This document shows positions 9,565 to 23,375 of a stretch of DNA of 64,000 bases, piece by piece. Positions within the stretch are counted from its first letter, which is position 1, and each line of letters starts with the position of its first letter. Origin of the DNA: Opitutus sp. GAS368 (lineage in GTDB: Bacteria > Verrucomicrobiota > Verrucomicrobiia > Opitutales > Opitutaceae); NCBI GenBank assembly GCA_945861645.1, contig CAMAVZ010000002.1, positions 1 through 64,000 on the forward strand. Reading direction: 5' to 3'. Under the pieces are notes generated by a model that ran no database searches, was not told where the DNA came from, and was given only the letters and a program-made list of their open reading frames with translations. Made by a program: the position numbers and the translations under genes.

Positions 9565-9846
9565 TCAGGCCTTGGCCACGGTCGTGACTGGCAGTTTAGT
9601 GCGCTTCGACTGCTCATAGCGGGAAAGCAGCATAAGATTTGAGACGTGAATCGTACCCTCACGTTCAGCAATTTTCCCCTGGGGGTTTTCTTGGGATTTC
9701 TTAAGATGTTTTTTGATCATCGCTACGCCCTCAACGACCGCACGATTTTTAGCCGCACGAATCTCGAGAACTTTGCCCTGCTTCCCTTTATGGGAACCAG
9801 CGATGACGATTACCGCATCGTTACGTTTGATATGGAATTGCTGCAT
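9565..9846 (-). CDS. rplX: 50S ribosomal protein L24
   Basis: KOW motif VIVIAGSHKGKQGKV; EGTIHVSN. Confidence 0.97.
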   Translation of the reverse strand: MQQFHIKRNDAVIVIAGSHKGKQGKVLEIRAAKNRAVVEGVAMIKKHLKKSQENPQGKIAEREGTIHVSNLMLLSRYEQSKRTKLPVTTVAKA

Positions 9847-9847
9847 G

Positions 9848-10213
9848 TTAGAGGACCTCCGGAGCGAGCGAGATGATCTTCATGTAATTCTTGGCGCGGA
9901 GCTCGCGAGCAACCGGGCCGAAAATGCGGGTCCCCTTAGGATTGCCATCTTCCCCGATAATAACCACCGCGTTACTGTCAAAACGGAGATAGCTGCCGTC
10001 GGCGCGACGCAGCGGAGCCCGCGTCCGTACGATGACGGCCTTGACGACCTCCCCTTTTTTTACCGTAGCATCGGTGCTGCTCTCTTTAATATTGATTGTA
10101 ATAATATCGCCGACGTGAGCGTAGCGGGAAGGATGCCCGATCTTGCCGATCATGGACGCGCGGCGCGCGCCAGTATTATCGGCAATATCAAGAATAGAAC
10201 GCATTTGAATCAT
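9848..10213 (-). CDS. rplN: 50S ribosomal protein L14
   Basis: [30 protein letters not shown]. Confidence 0.99.
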   Translation of the reverse strand: MIQMRSILDIADNTGARRASMIGKIGHPSRYAHVGDIITINIKESSTDATVKKGEVVKAVIVRTRAPLRRADGSYLRFDSNAVVIIGEDGNPKGTRIFGPVARELRAKNYMKIISLAPEVL

Positions 10214-10235
10214 GGTAGTGTCTCCTGGAAATAAA

Positions 10236-10589
10236 TTAGGCCTTCGCAGCCTGATTCAACTTGGTGGTCTTAGTGGGCACAGCAGCGGCGACGTCGTGTT
10301 CAGAGACGGCGAGGAGATTAAGGCCAACCGAGGCCTCAACGATCCGGATAACGCGCCAACGCTTCAATCGACTAATGGGACGGGTTTCCATAACCTCAAT
10401 TTTATCCCCGATTTTGGTTTCATTTTTCTCGTCGTGCACATGCAAGACGGTTTTACGATTGATCACCTTGTGATAAAGCGGATGCGGCGTCTTGTAGGGA
10501 ACGGTAACCTTGACTGATTTGTCGCCCATCTTGGAGCTGACGAAACCAATCACTGTTTTGCGGCGATTTTGGCGGGCGTGAGTGGACAT
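10236..10589 (-). CDS. rpsQ: 30S ribosomal protein S17
   Basis: [29 protein letters not shown]. Confidence 0.98.
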   Translation of the reverse strand: MSTHARQNRRKTVIGFVSSKMGDKSVKVTVPYKTPHPLYHKVINRKTVLHVHDEKNETKIGDKIEVMETRPISRLKRWRVIRIVEASVGLNLLAVSEHDVAAAVPTKTTKLNQAAKA

Positions 10590-10614
10590 GATAATAAGCG
10601 GTTAGCGCTGGGCT

Positions 10615-10815
10615 TTAGGCAACCTGCGGGGTTTGCTTCTGCTTCAAGATGGTCTCAAGGCGGGCGATATCTTTACGATATTCGCGCAGCAAATGAGGCT
10701 TTTCAATTTGGCCGGTGTGCTTGCGCAAGCGCAATTGGAGCAATTTTTCGCGCGACTCGCGAATTTTAGTAATAATCTCAGCTGGGGCGAGATCGCGGAT
10801 TTCTTTGGCATTCAT
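10615..10815 (-). CDS. rpmC: 50S ribosomal protein L29
   Basis: MNAKEIR, GQIEKPH..RKDIAR; between rplP and rpsQ. Confidence 0.97.
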   Translation of the reverse strand: MNAKEIRDLAPAEIITKIRESREKLLQLRLRKHTGQIEKPHLLREYRKDIARLETILKQKQTPQVA

Positions 10816-10836
10816 GACAGTCGTTCTCCTGTAAAA

Positions 10837-11262
10837 TTAAGCGGCGAAGCCTTCGCGGACGATAAAGCGGCAGCGGAAAGGTAATTTAGCATCGGCTAGG
10901 CGAAATGCCTCCCGAGCAATGGTGAGGGATACGCCGGCCAGTTCGAACAGCACCGCCCCTGGTTTAATCACGGCGACGTAATATTCGACCGGACCTTTAC
11001 CTTGGCCCATACGTACTTCGGCCGGCTTCTTAGTCACTGGCTTATGGGGGAAAATCCGAATCCAGAGTTTACCTTTGCGCTTGAGATGGCGGGCAATGGT
11101 AACGCGAGCAGCTTCAATCTGTTGGCCGGTCATGGGACCGCGCGAGAGAGATTGCAGGCCGAATTCACCGAAGGCGAGAGTGTTGCCGCGCTTGGCATTG
11201 CCAGCGCGGGAACCTTTCATCGACTTGCGGTATTTAGTGCGGGCGGGTGAGAGAGCGGGCAT
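10837..11262 (-). CDS. rplP: 50S ribosomal protein L16
   Basis: QIEAAR, WIRIFP, RMGQGKG, KLP. Confidence 0.99.
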   Translation of the reverse strand: MPALSPARTKYRKSMKGSRAGNAKRGNTLAFGEFGLQSLSRGPMTGQQIEAARVTIARHLKRKGKLWIRIFPHKPVTKKPAEVRMGQGKGPVEYYVAVIKPGAVLFELAGVSLTIAREAFRLADAKLPFRCRFIVREGFAA

Positions 11263-11308
11263 GGGAACAGTGGGCGTTGAGCGATAAGCTTAGGGCCAGG
11301 TGAACAGT

Positions 11309-11938
11309 TTAGTTGGCTTCGTCTTTTTTACAGATCCAGCATTTAACGCCGATTTTGCCCCAGACGGTCTGGGCCTCAGCGAATCCGTAATCAATATTCT
11401 CACGCAAAGTCTGCAGCGGGATGCGTCCTTGACGCTGCCACTCACGGCGCGCGATATCTGCACCACCGAGGCGGCCAGAACACTGAATTTTAATCCCGTC
11501 AATACCGAGGGACATTGCAATTTGAATAGATTTTTTAATCGCCCGCCGGAAGGCAATGCGGCGCTCGAGTTGGAGCGCCACGTTCTCGGCGACTAATTGG
11601 GCCTCTACTTCAGGCTTTTTCACTTCCTGAATGTCGAGCAAGACTTCCTTGCCCGTGAGTTTAGCCAGTTGCAGCTTCATCGTTTCGACCTCTTGGCCTT
11701 TCTTGCCGATGACAATACCAGGGCGCGCGGTAAAAATCTTGACGCGAACGCGATTACCCGCGCGCTCAATGAAGATGCGCGGCACGGAAGCTTGCTTCAG
11801 CTTTTCCATCAGCGTGGTGCGGATGACTTGATCCTCATGGAGGAGCTTAGCGAAATCCTTCTTGCGCGCAAACCAGCGTGACTGCCAGTTGCGACGGACG
11901 GCGAGGCGAAAGCCTGTAGGGTTAGTCTTTTGTCCCAT
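11309..11938 (-). CDS. rpsC: 30S ribosomal protein S3
   Basis: MGQKTNPTGFRL, RPGIVIGKKG, SGRLGGADIAR, GRIPLQTLR. Confidence 0.99.
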   Translation of the reverse strand: MGQKTNPTGFRLAVRRNWQSRWFARKKDFAKLLHEDQVIRTTLMEKLKQASVPRIFIERAGNRVRVKIFTARPGIVIGKKGQEVETMKLQLAKLTGKEVLLDIQEVKKPEVEAQLVAENVALQLERRIAFRRAIKKSIQIAMSLGIDGIKIQCSGRLGGADIARREWQRQGRIPLQTLRENIDYGFAEAQTVWGKIGVKCWICKKDEAN

Positions 11939-11947
11939 GGTAAAAAA

Positions 11948-12289
11948 TTAGTTGGTTTTGCCGTCGGATAGAATGATGCGCAGATGCGACATGCGCTTGA
12001 CGCGAGGCTTAGCTGAGCCGCGAGCGCCGGCCTTAAATCGCTTTAAGACTGGACCGTTCTCAACCAAGGCGCGATGGACCACAAGTTGGTCAGCCGAGAT
12101 GCTATTATTATTCTCCGCGTTAGCCACGGCGCTCTTGAGCGTCTTGACGAGCAAGCGGGAAGATTTGCGCGGGATGAGCGTGAGAAAGTCGATCGCTGCG
12201 TTGACGGCACGGCCTTGGATAAGGCGCGCGACTTCGCGAACCTTCTTCGGCGACATGTGCGCGTTGCGGGTGAGAGCTTGAATTTCCAT
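11948..12289 (-). CDS. rplV: 50S ribosomal protein L22
   Basis: SPKKVREVA, LKSAVANAENN, GPVLKRF; start moved to MEIQA (ATG 12289). Confidence 0.97.
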   Translation of the reverse strand: MEIQALTRNAHMSPKKVREVARLIQGRAVNAAIDFLTLIPRKSSRLLVKTLKSAVANAENNNSISADQLVVHRALVENGPVLKRFKAGARGSAKPRVKRMSHLRIILSDGKTN

Positions 12290-12315
12290 GATGGTGTTCC
12301 AGTTAGGCCGAGGCC

Positions 12316-12594
<279 letters not shown>

Positions 12595-12612
12595 GGTACG
12601 AAGTCGTTGGGA

Positions 12613-13479
12613 TTATTTCTTGCCGCGCGGCGGACGACCGTTGGCGCGAATGAGAATGAAGGAACTGGAGAGCTTAGTCCGGCGACGGGTAGGGAAACCT
12701 TTGGCAAGTTGACCCCACGGAGAAACCAAGTGTTGACGACCCCCACCACCCTTGGACTTACCTTGACCACCACCATTGGGGTGATCAACTGGGTTCATGG
12801 CGACACCGCGCACGCGAGGCCGACGACCGAGCCAGCGATTACGACCAGCTTTGCCGAGCTTCCGCTTGCTGTGATCAGCGTTAGAAACCTCGCCAATACT
12901 AGCCCGGCACTGGGCGTTAACGAGACGAGTCTCACCTGAGGCCATCTTGATTTGCGCGTAACCGTCCTCGATCGAGATCAGCTCGACCGAAGTGCCGGCG
13001 GAACGTGCGATTTGAGCACCGCGCCCAGGCATAAGCTCAACAGCATGAAGCTTGGTGGCGGGAGGAATCGCTGACAACAGGAACGAGTTACCTGGGCGAA
13101 AATCATTAGTGTCAGTTTTTAGCGCATTATAAATAGTATCGCCGACGCTTAAACCCTGAGGAGCTAACACGTAGCTTTTTGTGCCATCAGCATAAGCCAG
13201 AAGCGCAAGCAATGCACTGCGGTTAGGATCATACTCGATCGCTTGAACCTTAGCCGGCATGTCGAGCTTGGTGCGCTTGAAGTCGATAATACGATAAAGC
13301 TTTTTATGACCACCGCCACGGCGGCGTGACGTGATGCGACCATACGCATTGCGACCGCCAGTCTTATTCTTCGACTCGACGAGGGAACGCTCGGGGCGCT
13401 TAGTAGAAATGTCATCCGGACGATTCAGGGTAGTGAACCGGAGGGACGCAGTGAGAGGACGGAAAGATTTTAGGGCCAT
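12613..13479 (-). CDS. rplB: 50S ribosomal protein L2
   Basis: RGGGHK..YRIIDF, IEYDPNRS, RGVAMNPVDHPNGGG. Confidence 0.99.
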   Translation of the reverse strand: MALKSFRPLTASLRFTTLNRPDDISTKRPERSLVESKNKTGGRNAYGRITSRRRGGGHKKLYRIIDFKRTKLDMPAKVQAIEYDPNRSALLALLAYADGTKSYVLAPQGLSVGDTIYNALKTDTNDFRPGNSFLLSAIPPATKLHAVELMPGRGAQIARSAGTSVELISIEDGYAQIKMASGETRLVNAQCRASIGEVSNADHSKRKLGKAGRNRWLGRRPRVRGVAMNPVDHPNGGGQGKSKGGGGRQHLVSPWGQLAKGFPTRRRTKLSSSFILIRANGRPPRGKK

Positions 13480-13499
13480 GGTAGATTAATTTCCTGGGC

Positions 13500-13784
13500 T
13501 CAGCTAAGTTCGATCTTATCACCCTGTTTTAGAGTGACGATGGCGCGCTTGCTATCGGAAGTAGTGATCGGTTGACCGCGACGTGATTTTTTCGGCTTAC
13601 CCTTGCGGTTAATGATATTAACGCGAGTAACGGAGACCTTAAAGGTCTGCTCGATGGCCTCGCGCACCGTATATTTGGTGGCAGACGAGAACACGTCGAA
13701 GGTGTATTGCCCGTAATTGGAAGAGAGCTTATTAGACTTCTCCGTCAGACGGAGATGTTTGAGGACTGTATCGGCGTTAATCAT
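13500..13784 (-). CDS. rplW: 50S ribosomal protein L23
   Basis: LTEKS, YTFDV, KRAIVTL; between rplD and rplB. Confidence 0.96.
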   Translation of the reverse strand: MINADTVLKHLRLTEKSNKLSSNYGQYTFDVFSSATKYTVREAIEQTFKVSVTRVNIINRKGKPKKSRRGQPITTSDSKRAIVTLKQGDKIELS

Positions 13785-14413
13785 GACTGGGCTCCGTTGG
13801 CGCGGGTGATGATTTTTTCAAGGGCCTTGGTCGACACAATGATCTTAGCGTAAGTGCAAAGATCGAGCGTGTTGAGTTTAGCAGCCGCCTGAAGTGTGAC
13901 CCGAGCAAGATTGCTCGCGGCGCGAGTGGTCTCGCTCGTAAAGGGATCATCAACAATGAGGACCTTGCCCTTAGGGGCAATACGCGCGATCACCGCATTC
14001 ATGACCTTGGTCTTCATCTCTTTTGAAACAAAAGCCTCGATGACGCTGATGTCACCAGCGAGCGCGCGATCAAACAAAGCGCGGTTGAAAGCGAGATGCT
14101 TAACTTTACCGTTAATTTTCTTGGAATAATCCCGCGGCTTAGGGCCGAAGACAACGCCCCCGCCGCCCCATAAGGGAGAACGAATAGAACCCGCGCGAGC
14201 GCGACCCGTCCCCTTCTGGGCCCAAGGTTTCTTACCGCCACCGCGGACTTCCCCGCGCGTCTTGGTTGAGTGCGTGCCGAGACGCGCATTGGCTTTATGG
14301 GCAACGACGACCTCTTTGACGGCTTGCAGACCTTTGCTGCCCTCAAACGTCGGAAGGTTAAAATCAGCCTCGCGGCTTTGCGTAGCGTCAGGTGTAAAAA
14401 TAGTGAGCTTCAT
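13781..14413 (-). CDS. rplD: 50S ribosomal protein L4
   Basis: TKTRGEVRGGGKKPWAQKGTGRARAGSIRSP; start moved to MKLTIF (ATG 14413). Confidence 0.98.
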   Translation of the reverse strand: MKLTIFTPDATQSREADFNLPTFEGSKGLQAVKEVVVAHKANARLGTHSTKTRGEVRGGGKKPWAQKGTGRARAGSIRSPLWGGGGVVFGPKPRDYSKKINGKVKHLAFNRALFDRALAGDISVIEAFVSKEMKTKVMNAVIARIAPKGKVLIVDDPFTSETTRAASNLARVTLQAAAKLNTLDLCTYAKIIVSTKALEKIITRANGAQS

Positions 14414-14433
14414 GTGATGACGTTCTCCGGTGA

Positions 14434-15075
14434 TCAAGCTTGCTTGGCTTTTTTGCCGGCTCGGATAATTACATCGTCGCCGTTAGCTCCTGGAATGCAG
14501 CCATTGACGAGGATTAGATTCTTGTCGGCGATGATCTGCACCACGCGCAAATTTTGTACGGTGCGAAATTGGCTACCCATATGACCTGGCATGCGCTGAT
14601 TTTTCCATACCCGACCAGGAGTTTGGCGCATACCCACCGAGCCGATGCGACGATGAAACATGGAACCGTGTGCGGCTGGACCGCCGCCAACACGAAAGCG
14701 CTTCACCACACCTTGAAAACCTTTACCCTTAGACACGCCGATCACATCGACGATCTGGCCTTCAGCGAAAATTGCTACGGTGATTACATCGCCGAGCTTT
14801 ACCGCAGGAACCTCCGTGAGACGGACCTCATTTAGAACGCGGGGCGTGGCGTTTAGCCCTGCCTTTTTCGCGTGATTACTTTCCGCCTTGGACGCATTTT
14901 TTATCTTCTGGGCGCCAAAGCCAAGTTGCACAGCGTTATAGCCGTCAGACGAAAGCGTCTTGATTTGAACAACCGGACATGGGCCGGCTTCCACGACGGT
15001 AACCGGGATCAAGACGTTTTGAGCGTCATAGACCTGGGTCATTCCGATTTTTTTTCCTAATAGTGTAGCGATCAT
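14434..15075 (-). CDS. rplC: 50S ribosomal protein L3
   Basis: GKKIGMTQ, PVTV, SKGKGFQGVVKR, MPGHMG. Confidence 0.99.
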   Translation of the reverse strand: MIATLLGKKIGMTQVYDAQNVLIPVTVVEAGPCPVVQIKTLSSDGYNAVQLGFGAQKIKNASKAESNHAKKAGLNATPRVLNEVRLTEVPAVKLGDVITVAIFAEGQIVDVIGVSKGKGFQGVVKRFRVGGGPAAHGSMFHRRIGSVGMRQTPGRVWKNQRMPGHMGSQFRTVQNLRVVQIIADKNLILVNGCIPGANGDDVIIRAGKKAKQA

Positions 15076-15175
15076 GGGCTAAGTGGTAGGTGGCAGTTTA
15101 TTACCGTTTGTTTAGACCTACTTTAACAAGGGCCGGGATTAGCCGGCTGGCTGCTAAGATGGGGAGAAGTGGAGT

Positions 15176-15484
15176 TTAGACGTTGATGGTGATATCGACG
15201 CCCGAAGGTAAATTAAGTTTTTTGAGTTCATCGACGGTTTGAGCGGTGGGCTCAAGAATATCAATGAGGCGCTTGTGAGTGCGTGATTCGAATTGCTCCA
15301 TCGATTTTTTATCGACGTGCGGAGAGCGATTGACCGAAAGCTTTACGATATGAGTGGGAAGCGGGATAGGCCCCGATACACGAGCGCCGGAGCGCTTGGC
15401 GGTTTCCACGATTTCCACAGCGGATTGATCGATTACTCGATAATCGTAGCCTTGGAGTTTGATGCGAATGCGTTGGCCTTTCAT
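15176..15484 (-). CDS. rpsJ: 30S ribosomal protein S10
   Basis: [33 protein letters not shown]. Confidence 0.99.
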   Translation of the reverse strand: MKGQRIRIKLQGYDYRVIDQSAVEIVETAKRSGARVSGPIPLPTHIVKLSVNRSPHVDKKSMEQFESRTHKRLIDILEPTAQTVDELKKLNLPSGVDITINV

Positions 15485-15511
15485 GGCGATATAAAGAACG
15501 AGGGTTAAAAA

Positions 15512-17704
15512 TTAAGTACGAGCCGGGCCCTTCGCATTGGTCTCGACAATCTTGGCGAGCTGCGAGTTCGGAACCTGGGCGAAGTGAGAAGGCGTGATGG
15601 AGGCGCTAGCTCTACCCTTCGATAATGAGCGAATGTCGGTGACGTAACCGAAGAGTAACTCAAGAGGAACGTGCGCGGTAATGATGCACGCTCCCGATTT
15701 ATTTTCCATGCTCTGAATCTGACCACGACGACGATTGATGTCCCCCAACAGATCGCCTTGATACTCTTCTGGGGTCGTCACCTCGACGCCCATGATGGGC
15801 TCGAGCAAAATTGGTCCAGCCTGCTTCATCGCATCCTTAAAAGCGAAAATGCCAGCCATTTTAAATGCGAGCTCCGACGAATCGACCTCGTGAAAGGAAC
15901 CATCGGTGATGCGAATAATCGCGTCCACAACCGGAAACCCAGCCACAACTCCATTATTTGAGCCTTCCAAAATACCTTCCGTCGCCGGCTTGATAAATTC
16001 CTTAGGAATTGAACCACCGACCGTCTCATTGATAACTTCGACGCCCTTACCTTTTACGTTCGGCTCGAGCTTAATAACAACGTGGCCGTATTGGCCCTTA
16101 CCGCCAGACTGACGGATAAATTTACCTTCGCCATCAGCCGCCTTTGCGATTGTTTCGCGGTAGGCGATCTGCGGCTTACCCGAGGTAGCCTCGACCTTAA
16201 ATTCACGCTTCATGCGATCGCGGATAATATCAAGATGCAGTTCGCCCATGCCGGCGATAATGATCTGACCCGTATCTTGATCGGTTTTAACGCGAAGGGT
16301 AGGATCTTCTGCTACTAAGCGCTGCAAAGCCATGCCCATTTTCTCTTGGTCAGCCTTTGAATTAGGCTCGATCGACATCGCGATGACCGGCTCGGGGAAA
16401 GAAGGTGGCTCCAGACGAATATCAAAATCTTCGTCGCAGAGCGTATCGCCTGTAATAACGTCTTTCACGCCAACGACGGCGCAAATATCGCCCGAGAAAG
16501 CCATATCAATATCTTCGCGCTCGATGGCGCGCATTAATACTAGCCGAGAAACGCGTTCGCTGCGGCGAGTCCGCGGATTATAAACGGCCATACCGCGAGG
16601 CAATGTGCCGGTGTACACACGGAAAAATACCAGCTTACCCACAAAGGGGTCCGTCCAAAGCTTGAAGGCTAGACCAGCGAGCTTGCCCTTATCGTTAACG
16701 ACGGCTTGCACAGGCTGTCCGTCACTATCTTGACCCTGCATCGGAGGAACATCGATAGGGCTTGGAAGATAATTAACCACACAATCAAGGAGACGCTGCA
16801 CCCCTTTTTTCTTAAACGCGGAGCCCGGAATAACCCCGGTAAACTGAAGAGAAATGGTAGCCTTACGTACGCCAAGCAAAAGCTCCAGCACAGAAATTTC
16901 TTGGCCGTTGAGGTATTTTTCCGCAATGACATCATCAAAATCACAAACAGCCTCGATGAGTTTATCTCGGTACTCTTTGACCTGCGCCTTCATATTGGCA
17001 GGAACCTCGCTCGTAATCGGATTCATTCCGAGGGGGTCTGTCGTGTCGTCAAAAATATAGGCAATCTGCTGCACTAAATCAATGAGGCCGGTAAAATTCT
17101 CCTCAGCGCCAATGGGCAGGAAGAGAGGATGAGCGTTAGCTTTGAGCTTCTCGCGCATTTCCTCGACTGCTCGGAAGAAATTAGCCCCAGTGCGGTCCAT
17201 TTTATTAATGAAGGCAACGCGAGGAACTTTGTATTTGTTGGCCTGGCGCCAAACAGTCTCAGACTGAGGCTGCACTCCAGCTACTGCGCAAAATACGGCT
17301 ACCGCCCCATCAAGAACGCGCAAGGAACGCTCGACCTCAGCGGTAAAATCTACGTGGCCTGGTGTGTCGATAATATTGATGCGCTGTTTGATTCCTTTCC
17401 AAGGGCCCCAAGAGGCATTCCAAGCACAAGAAATGGCCGCGGCCGTGATTGTGATTCCGCGCTCGCGCTCTTGCTCCATCCAGTCGGTTACGGTGGTACC
17501 CTCGTGGACTTCGCCCATCTTATGGACGGCCCCAGAATAAAATAAAATACGCTCAGTCGTGGTCGTCTTGCCCGCATCAATGTGCGCAGCGATGCCAATG
17601 TTACGGGTCCACTCGAGAGGGAAAGGACGATCCTTGGAGTTAACCGGCGAGATATTCGCTTTATCGGTAACGACAACAATACTAGGGGAGGCAGCGACAG
17701 ACAT
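15512..17704 (-). CDS. fusA: Elongation factor G
   Basis: AHIDAGKTT, ERGITI, DTPGH, NKMD, GMGELHL, LLEPIM. Confidence 0.99.
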   Translation of the reverse strand: MSVAASPSIVVVTDKANISPVNSKDRPFPLEWTRNIGIAAHIDAGKTTTTERILFYSGAVHKMGEVHEGTTVTDWMEQERERGITITAAAISCAWNASWGPWKGIKQRINIIDTPGHVDFTAEVERSLRVLDGAVAVFCAVAGVQPQSETVWRQANKYKVPRVAFINKMDRTGANFFRAVEEMREKLKANAHPLFLPIGAEENFTGLIDLVQQIAYIFDDTTDPLGMNPITSEVPANMKAQVKEYRDKLIEAVCDFDDVIAEKYLNGQEISVLELLLGVRKATISLQFTGVIPGSAFKKKGVQRLLDCVVNYLPSPIDVPPMQGQDSDGQPVQAVVNDKGKLAGLAFKLWTDPFVGKLVFFRVYTGTLPRGMAVYNPRTRRSERVSRLVLMRAIEREDIDMAFSGDICAVVGVKDVITGDTLCDEDFDIRLEPPSFPEPVIAMSIEPNSKADQEKMGMALQRLVAEDPTLRVKTDQDTGQIIIAGMGELHLDIIRDRMKREFKVEATSGKPQIAYRETIAKAADGEGKFIRQSGGKGQYGHVVIKLEPNVKGKGVEVINETVGGSIPKEFIKPATEGILEGSNNGVVAGFPVVDAIIRITDGSFHEVDSSELAFKMAGIFAFKDAMKQAGPILLEPIMGVEVTTPEEYQGDLLGDINRRRGQIQSMENKSGACIITAHVPLELLFGYVTDIRSLSKGRASASITPSHFAQVPNSQLAKIVETNAKGPART

Positions 17705-17716
17705 GCTTATAATTCC

Positions 17717-18190
17717 TTACCAGCGGAGATGAGCAAAGGCGCGATTCGCCTGGGCCATCTTATGCATCTCTTCCTTCTTCTTAACCACCGAGCCCGTATT
17801 GTTGTACGCGTCGATAATTTCTGCGGCGATAGCATCGCGCATTGGCGTTCCCTTGCGGCCAGTAGCAGCATTAACCATCCAACGGAGAGCCAATGATTCT
17901 TGGCGCTCAAAGGATATTTCTACCGGCACCTGATACGTAGCCCCGCCGACGCGACGGCTCTTAACTTCCAGCTTGGGCCGCGCATTTTCCATCGCCCCCA
18001 TCAATAAATCAACCGGATCGCCCTTCTGCAGCTTTTCGCTTACGCGCTCAAAAGCACCGTAAACAATACGCTCAGCAAGCGTACGCTTACCGCTTTTCAT
18101 AATTACATTAATAAGATGCGTCACCAGCGCGCTATTATAGCGAACATCTGAGACGGGAGGACGATGAGTAGCTCTACGGCGACGTGACAT
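17717..18190 (-). CDS. rpsG: 30S ribosomal protein S7
   Basis: EVKSRRVGGATYQVP, HKMAQANRAFAH. Confidence 0.99.
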   Translation of the reverse strand: MSRRRRATHRPPVSDVRYNSALVTHLINVIMKSGKRTLAERIVYGAFERVSEKLQKGDPVDLLMGAMENARPKLEVKSRRVGGATYQVPVEISFERQESLALRWMVNAATGRKGTPMRDAIAAEIIDAYNNTGSVVKKKEEMHKMAQANRAFAHLRW

Positions 18191-18213
18191 GGCGGCTTAA
18201 AAAAGAACGAGGG

Positions 18214-18600
18214 TTAGGAGGCCTTAACGGCTTTCGGGCGCTTAACGCCATACTTGGAGCGGGACCGACGGCGCTTCTCAACACCAGTAGCGTCGAGAGT
18301 GCCGCGTACGATATGGTAGCGAACGCCGGGAAGATCCTTCACGCGGCCGCCGCGCACGAGCACAATAGAATGCTCCTGCAAATTATGCCCTTCATCAGGG
18401 ATATAGGAAATGACCTCAACGCCGTTAGTTAGGCGAACCTTGGCAACCTTACGGATAGCCGAATTAGGTTTCTTGGGCGTACGGGTCATAACCTGCACGC
18501 AAACGCCGCGCCGGAAGGGATTACCCTGCAACGCCGGAGCCTTGGACTTCGCGACAATCCGGCGACGTCCTTTTCTCACGAGTTGGTTGATGGTTGGCAT
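18214..18600 (-). CDS. rpsL: 30S ribosomal protein S12
   Basis: [12 protein letters not shown] (ATG 18600), [20 protein letters not shown]. Confidence 0.99.
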   Translation of the reverse strand: MPTINQLVRKGRRRIVAKSKAPALQGNPFRRGVCVQVMTRTPKKPNSAIRKVAKVRLTNGVEVISYIPDEGHNLQEHSIVLVRGGRVKDLPGVRYHIVRGTLDATGVEKRRRSRSKYGVKRPKAVKAS

Positions 18601-18642
18601 GTGGTGTGATGGCAGGTTTGAAAAAGGGGAAAGGGGCGCGGA

Positions 18643-18670
18643 ACCTACCGGAGGCGAAGCCCCCCGCAAG
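18643..18670 (-). promoter_or_regulatory. Putative sigma70-type promoter of the rpsL operon
   Basis: Minus strand TTGCGG-16 nt-TAGGTT about 40 nt upstream of the rpsL ATG. Confidence 0.4.
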
Positions 18671-19163
18671 CACTATTTCGCGCTTTATATAGAAAACAAA
18701 TTCAAGGAGAAATTACCCAGAATTTATCTCATAGAGACCTACGCAGTTTAGCTGCTGAGGCCGCAAGTAACGAACCGAACGTTAAGAAAAGCATGTCACT
18801 TACTTGCACTTCAAGTGCTAAATTATGAAAAGTGAAGAAAAGTTGTTCACAATCGACTGCAACCCAGCCCAAACCATCATAGCGACTCCCTTCCCAGTCT
18901 ATCGATCGGAATCAAATAAGGCAAATTATCACCCCCCTTTTTATCCCGCTACTACATTCCGTGATTAGATCAGATGTCCCCCCGACAAAAATCATCCAAT
19001 CGCTACGGCTACGATGAAGCAAACGAGCCAAACAAGAGACTCAACCGTTTAGTACTCTGAGCCCTCCGCACGATGACTAAATAGCGGTAGAATGCGCTGA
19101 TTAGCTGCCGGCATTTTTTAAATACCTTAGCGTTCGCTTTGCTTGTAATGCTAAATTTTTACC

Positions 19164-19194
19164 AAAAAAAGCCGCGAACTTTCGTTCGCGGCTT
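19164..19194 (-). terminator. Intrinsic terminator after rpoC
   Basis: AAGCCGCGAAC-GAAA-GTTCGCGGCTT hairpin running into a T tract on the minus strand. Confidence 0.9.
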
Positions 19195-19216
19195 AGAATT
19201 TTTTATCTGCGACCGC

Positions 19217-23344
<4,128 letters not shown>

Positions 23345-23375
23345 TGTGTTTTTTTTCCGAGGATAATGTTATAGG

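Noticed and set aside
18804-18821. CIRCE-like element TTGCACTTCAAGTGCTAA
   Set aside because: Half-sites are imperfect and spaced 1 nt rather than the 9 nt HrcA needs
18843-18851. DnaA-box-like TTGTTCACA suggesting a replication origin
   Set aside because: Single imperfect box, no cluster and no dnaA context
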